This document shows positions 26,409-32,000 of a DNA stretch of 32,000 nt, piece after piece. The position numbers were made by a program, and so were the translations under genes. Within the stretch, counting starts at the first letter, position 1. Every line of letters starts with the position of its first letter. Source of the DNA: Raphidiopsis brookii D9 (GTDB lineage Bacteria > Cyanobacteriota > Cyanobacteriia > Cyanobacteriales > Nostocaceae); NCBI GenBank assembly GCA_000175855.1, contig ACYB01000019.1, positions 1 to 32,000 of the forward strand, given 5' to 3'. The notes under the pieces were generated by a model. The model saw only the letters and a program-made list of their open reading frames with translations. It ran no database searches and was not told the DNA's origin.

Positions 26409-27779
26409 TTATTTCTTTGCTGTTTGGGAAAGCTGGTCTAAGATTCCTAACACTTCTCTCTCAAAGGTAACTTGGGCCCGGTTAGTTTTTCCACCCACAT
26501 ATAAGACATCACCATTTTGTAAGGCCCAAATTTGAGAATGAGAAAAATAACTCATGACCACTCCTAACATTAATAGAGCAAAACCTATATACACAATAGG
26601 AATTCCTGGATCATATTTAATTTGCAAACCTGTGCTACCGACAACATCAAGAATTTGTAAATTCACTCCGTTAACAGGTATGGACATTCCTGCGCGCACA
26701 GTATTTACTAATTTTCCTTCATTATCATAGATTAATACCATACCTTGTAGATCTTTAGCTAACAGGGAAACTCCTGCACTTAAATCTGGTTTGGTTGGTA
26801 TCCAGGTTCCCCATAATCTACCCTGACCGTTGGTATTCAATAATGCCATAGGTAATTGAAAAATGGGACTGTTATTAATTTTGACTTTAACCCCAGCAAT
26901 TCCCCAATCTGTTTGATAAAACACTACACCATGATAGCGTAATGGTTTATTGACATAGATCTTTTCATGGTTAACTTCTGCACCTTGGTCATTCAAAACT
27001 GATAGATCGGAGTAAAATTGGTCAATTCCCCCTTTTGGCGTATAATCAATCCAAAATCTGTTAACCTTAACAGACCAATTTTTCAACACATCCTGAGAAG
27101 ACCAAGCTCCAGCATCAATGATATTTTTCACCTGAAATGTTTCACCGGAGGTAATCATTTCCTGGGCCATAAACCCGGTTATCGCACCCCATATTCCTCC
27201 TAGCAAGATCATCACAATTCCAATATGTACAATGATCGGACCAATCTTACCAATTATCCCTTTACGAGCATAAAGTAGATGACTGGTTTCTTCTTGCTGG
27301 AAAATTTTATATTGGCTTTTCCTTAATAGGTCAGTGATGGAATTTAAATTAACATTATTTAGTTCAGCACTAAGAGCTAGTTTGTTAAATTTTCTTGGCT
27401 CGTCATAATATTGCCACTTTTGGGCGGTTTTTAAAGCTGGTAGTTGTCGTGTAAAGGTACAAGCTGTTAAACTCAGACCAAATAAGACCAGTAAGGACAA
27501 AAACCACCAAGTACGATAAACATGATCTAATCCTACCACCTGAATCACTTTCCAGCTAAGAAAACCAAAATAAAGCTGGATGTTCGGGATAATTGGCCTG
27601 ATAAAAGCTGGAGTTTCTCCCTGTTCAATTACTGTCCCAGTAACACTAAAAATAGCAATGACTAATAACAAAACAATTGCTAATTTTAAATCAGTAATTA
27701 TTGGCAAAACTTCCCTTTTGATAAAACGAATCATAAGGGAAACTAAGTTAAATTCCGAAGATGAAGAATCGACTGTCAT
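26409..27779 (-). CDS. ccs1: Cytochrome c biogenesis protein Ccs1/CcsB (ResB family)
   Basis: 456-aa ORF with [32 protein letters not shown] and a large lumenal domain. It lies immediately downstream of ccdA. See the finding on an internal compensated frameshift. Confidence 0.9.
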   Translation of the reverse strand: MTVDSSSSEFNLVSLMIRFIKREVLPIITDLKLAIVLLLVIAIFSVTGTVIEQGETPAFIRPIIPNIQLYFGFLSWKVIQVVGLDHVYRTWWFLSLLVLFGLSLTACTFTRQLPALKTAQKWQYYDEPRKFNKLALSAELNNVNLNSITDLLRKSQYKIFQQEETSHLLYARKGIIGKIGPIIVHIGIVMILLGGIWGAITGFMAQEMITSGETFQVKNIIDAGAWSSQDVLKNWSVKVNRFWIDYTPKGGIDQFYSDLSVLNDQGAEVNHEKIYVNKPLRYHGVVFYQTDWGIAGVKVKINNSPIFQLPMALLNTNGQGRLWGTWIPTKPDLSAGVSLLAKDLQGMVLIYDNEGKLVNTVRAGMSIPVNGVNLQILDVVGSTGLQIKYDPGIPIVYIGFALLMLGVVMSYFSHSQIWALQNGDVLYVGGKTNRAQVTFEREVLGILDQLSQTAKK

Positions 27780-27807
27780 TGCTAAAAAATTTGAGATTTA
27801 CATTAGA

Positions 27808-28542
27808 CTAATAAATGGGCAATCGAGAAAGCAAGGAAAAAACCCCAAAACCCACTAATAATGCACCACTAACTGGGTTTATCCAACCTGACCACCGACG
27901 GAATTCCAGCAGTTTTTTAATGGTCGCAGTAAAAGTACCTGCCAAAATTAATGGTGTTACATATCCAGCTGTATATGCTAGTAACAAAAATGCCCCTAAT
28001 AGTAAATCTTGACTGTTGGCAACCCAACCTAACAAACTGGCTAGTACGGGAGTGCTACAGGGGGAAGCAACTAACCCGAAGGTTAATCCTATAAAATAAG
28101 AACGAACTCCGGATGGCATGTCATTAGATATCCAATTGGTTTCACCCCAGGATGGAAATTGTAAGGGTAGAGCTTCTAATAGGTTTAAACCCATAATAAT
28201 CGCCAAAATACTCACAATGATTGGTAGTCCCATTCCTACCTGACCATAAACCTTTCCTACCAAACCAGCTAGGATACCTAAACCCGCTAATGTGGTTGCT
28301 AGTCCTAATGCGAACCAGGTAGATTGTGCAGCAGCTTGTAATCGGGTTTTAGCTTCATATCCTCCAATATAGCCAATAGTAATTGGCAACATGGATAACA
28401 TGCAAGGGGTTAAACTAGTTAGCAAGCCAGCAAGAAAGATAATAGCGATACTAGTGATTGTTAGATGATTTAGTTGTTGAGCAACTAGGATATTAGCGAA
28501 TTGTTCCAGATGATAAATTTGGGTTTGCAGGTTTTCCAGCAT
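27808..28542 (-). CDS. ccdA: Cytochrome c-type biogenesis thiol-disulfide transporter CcdA
   Basis: Multi-TM protein with the paired Cys motifs LTPCMLSMLP and ASPCSTP. The ORF is open to a TTG at 28590, but the ATG at 28542 (MLENLQTQIYHLEQ) is the likelier start. Confidence 0.9.
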   Translation of the reverse strand: MLENLQTQIYHLEQFANILVAQQLNHLTITSIAIIFLAGLLTSLTPCMLSMLPITIGYIGGYEAKTRLQAAAQSTWFALGLATTLAGLGILAGLVGKVYGQVGMGLPIIVSILAIIMGLNLLEALPLQFPSWGETNWISNDMPSGVRSYFIGLTFGLVASPCSTPVLASLLGWVANSQDLLLGAFLLLAYTAGYVTPLILAGTFTATIKKLLEFRRWSGWINPVSGALLVGFGVFSLLSRLPIY

Positions 28543-28694
28543 AGCTTGTCTTTTGGGGAGGTGTTTGTATTTTAGCTCAATTCTTGCCAAAAGGGGGAGA
28601 ACCCAAGAGGGGGAGAATAATATAAAATGTAAGCTAGATTATAATTATTTAGATATTTTTTGAGGTTCTCCGCGTAAATTACCAACTTACTTAG

Positions 28695-29796
<1,102 letters not shown>

Positions 29797-30038
29797 TATG
29801 ATTTTTAAGAGATCCTTTGTTAGAGATTTGGATTGGTCTTGGCTTACTTGGTTGCGTTTACTATGAAAATTTTTGAACTACGAAGGAAAAAGTTTAACTT
29901 GTTTCCTGACCGTTGTCACATTCTAGTTTAGCACAAAACCTCTCGTCAAACCACTAGTTGAGAAACCAACAACAATTCTCATTTTAAAACATTTGTACTA
30001 AAAGTACTTCGATTTTTCCCCTGGGTGTGCCCTAACTA

Positions 30039-30374
30039 TCACATACGTGTAAGAGCTGATACTTTAGCTATCTTATCTACTTCTAGCCCCTCTAGATCTT
30101 TAATATGTAGCCAACCTTCCCTGACCAATTGGGCAAAAACAAATATCAACACAGAGTATCTATAGTCGTATTTGCCATCAATCTGATGCCTTCTTGCACT
30201 CAGGAAATCGTGTAATTGCCATATTTCATCTAGCTTTGTAAGCGTGCCAGCTTGCTCACGAACAGTTTCTATCAAGGCACTAATTTCTCGCTCATAAGCT
30301 CGATCAAAAGCTTTTCGAGCTAACTCCTTCTCTGTTGTAGACCACTCAATGTCATTCACTTGAACCATCCCCAT
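30039..30374 (-). CDS. frp: Fluorescence recovery protein
   Basis: 111-aa helical ORF directly downstream of ocp on the same strand. It carries FRP-like segments WSTTEKELARKAFDRAYEREI and HDFLSARRHQIDGKYDYRYS. Confidence 0.85.
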   Translation of the reverse strand: MGMVQVNDIEWSTTEKELARKAFDRAYEREISALIETVREQAGTLTKLDEIWQLHDFLSARRHQIDGKYDYRYSVLIFVFAQLVREGWLHIKDLEGLEVDKIAKVSALTRM

Positions 30375-30552
30375 ATTAACTGTTAGTTCTCAAAATTAGT
30401 TGTCAAAATTAAAAATTACTTCCCAGGAGAAAGTGCTAGAGACCCTATAACTGCTATATAAAACCTAGACAAAACTAGACTTTACTTTCTACTTCAACGG
30501 GAGCGAGCGTTTATCCCTCAGTAGACTTGCACGCCTTAGCCAGACGCGATAA

Positions 30553-30588
30553 CACAATCATCCTCACTTGCAAGGGAGGATGATTGTG
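30553..30588 (-). terminator. Stem-loop between ocp and frp
   Basis: A perfect 13-bp stem, CACAATCATCCTC (30553-30565) pairing with GAGGATGATTGTG (30576-30588), with a 10-nt loop. It lies about 54 nt downstream of the ocp stop. The downstream U-tract on the minus strand is weak (TTATCG). Confidence 0.4.
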
Positions 30589-30641
30589 CAAGCAGGAATT
30601 CTAACCCCTACTTACACAAGCTACACAAGCTAAAAACTACC

Positions 30642-31601
30642 CTAGCGCATTAAGTTCAGCAGTTCCTTAGGAGAAGCTAATAAGTCAATTGCAACAAAGA
30701 ATATCTTACCCTGAGGATTAAGCAAGAATCGCCAAGCGATATTCATTCCCACAGCAGCGCCAAACCAAGGAGTTTGTACTTTACCGGTCACTTTTATTTG
30801 AGTGTAACCATCTTCTACAGGTTCAGAAATTCCTCTTTCTGGAATCAGAGTCAGATTTTGACATTCCTCATTGAAAAATCTCGTAATGGCATCTCTGCCA
30901 ACTATAGGTTTTTGAAAAGGGGGTTGGAGAGCACCATCAGGAGCAAACAAATCAATTAAGGCACCAAAGTCATTAGCATTCAAATTATTTACATAACTTA
31001 GTACTGTTGAGTTAGTTACCCCTTCAATAGTAACTTGAGTCCGCTTTGACATTTCCGTGGGGACGACAACAGGTTCAGATATTCTGGTATAATCACCCAA
31101 CTTGTTTGGGTCAAATCCCATATCTACTACAGTACTGCGTAAAGTTGTAATTTGCTGTCCCTGGTCCATTTCCCTCAGTGCTTGTAACACTGCTGCTGCA
31201 TTGGGAGAAAGTTGGTATCCAGCTGGAATCGGAGCAACAATACCCTGTTCCATCCACTCACCCAGTTGATTCCAGAATCCTAGCTTGATATTAGGAGACC
31301 ATGCTGCGTAGGTGCGGCAAATTGGGGTATCGGCACTATTCGCCAAGTCACACATAGCCTGTGTTTGTTCAGGAAAAGACATTTGACGAATTTGATTCAA
31401 CGTAGTTTCTGCAAACTGCATGCTAGCAGCTCCTGGTGCGGCAATTGTAACGGTTTTGCCCATTTCAAGATAGGCAAACCAAATCCATGCTAGCTGATCT
31501 TCTGCACTGAGCTGCTTAAATCGGGCGATTGTGGCTGGTACTGCATCAGCAGACAGAGTTTGTGGAAAAATTCCACGAGCTGAGTCGATTGTAATTGCCA
31601 T
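30642..31601 (-). CDS. ocp: Orange carotenoid protein (OCP1 type)
   Basis: The 319-aa ORF aligns by eye end to end with the Synechocystis OCP sequence as I recall it (IDSARGIFP.TL, LIWFAYLEMGKT.TIAAPGAASMQ, WSPNIKLGFW, GKVQTPWFG, GMNIAWRFLLNP.GKIFFVAIDLLASPKELLN). Confidence 0.97.
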   Translation of the reverse strand: MAITIDSARGIFPQTLSADAVPATIARFKQLSAEDQLAWIWFAYLEMGKTVTIAAPGAASMQFAETTLNQIRQMSFPEQTQAMCDLANSADTPICRTYAAWSPNIKLGFWNQLGEWMEQGIVAPIPAGYQLSPNAAAVLQALREMDQGQQITTLRSTVVDMGFDPNKLGDYTRISEPVVVPTEMSKRTQVTIEGVTNSTVLSYVNNLNANDFGALIDLFAPDGALQPPFQKPIVGRDAITRFFNEECQNLTLIPERGISEPVEDGYTQIKVTGKVQTPWFGAAVGMNIAWRFLLNPQGKIFFVAIDLLASPKELLNLMR

Positions 31602-31726
31602 CGTGTAAACCTATATCTTGAATTACATCACACAAGATTAAGGATCCCACAAAACTGAACCCAATTATCCTTTTAAATAAATAAAATTTAACTATTTTCT
31701 GCCAATATGGCAACCTAGAACGCCAC

Positions 31727-32000
31727 CTACCCATTAACAACTAGATGTCTTTTAATAACCAAAAACCAACTGAAAGTCATTCCTGAATTGTCCGGTTGCA
31801 CTAGTAAAAAATGCACCCCCTCACTTACTTTTTTACGTTGTTGATAAACTTTAGCAGCTGCTGTGACATCCGTGTCTGTAAAAGTTGCTACTATCCAGCG
31901 ATTCGTTGAACTAGACTGTAAAATCAATCCATCAGGAGCACCAGCAATATAGTTTAAACTAACTGGATTATTTTCACTTAACCATCTTGCTAAACGTAAA
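31727..32000 (-). CDS. C-terminal part of a gene running off the window end; possibly Tab2/ATAB2-family (DUF1092) RNA-binding protein
   Basis: The frame is open from the window edge (LRLARWLSENNPVSLNYIAGAPDG...) to the stop at 31727. The tail RWIVATF...AAAKVYQQRKKVSEGVHFLLVQPDNSGMTFSWFLV resembles the Tab2 C-terminal pattern (RWILA...GLHFLAVQ...F.GFWLL) as I recall it. Confidence 0.4.
   Translation of the reverse strand, partial: LRLARWLSENNPVSLNYIAGAPDGLILQSSSTNRWIVATFTDTDVTAAAKVYQQRKKVSEGVHFLLVQPDNSGMTFSWFLVIKRHLVVNG

Overview
This is a chromosomal segment of an AT-rich cyanobacterium, probably a filamentous Nostocales-type organism. Evidence for that: 14 copies of the HIP1 octamer GCGATCGC, an orange carotenoid protein/FRP pair, system-II cytochrome c maturation genes (ccdA, ccs1), a Uma2 nuclease and a giant NTPase-WD40 protein. 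I call about 30 genes, mostly housekeeping: two glycosyltransferases, cysK, a 1-Cys peroxiredoxin, ygfZ, an ABC-2 exporter, phnCDE, a hydrolase plus UDP-glycosyltransferase pair, mnmA, nnr, a metallophosphoesterase, murJ, a small kinase-like protein, ccs1, ccdA, infC, frp and ocp. I saw no rRNA, tRNA, CRISPR array or intact transposase. I do not see a clear multi-gene novel system. The best candidate for uncharacterised biology is the 1337-aa STAND-type P-loop NTPase with 14 WD40 blades and an unassigned N-terminal domain (15078-19091); its WD units are partly identical at the nucleotide level. Other notable points: (1) Frame disruptions are unusually dense: murJ is split by a 1-nt shift, ccs1 carries a compensated -1/+1 pair that scrambles a conserved motif, nifJ is a truncated stub, and a small secreted-protein gene is possibly frameshifted. 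This points to genome erosion or homopolymer sequencing error. (2) A glycosyltransferase gene of about 50% G+C sits beside a 5'-truncated Rpn-like gene fragment. (3) A kinase-like gene, murJ and a phosphoesterase gene form a co-directional string. (4) Tandem Pho-box repeats lie upstream of phnCDE, which has no catabolic genes nearby. All homology statements come from motif recognition by eye; no searches were run.
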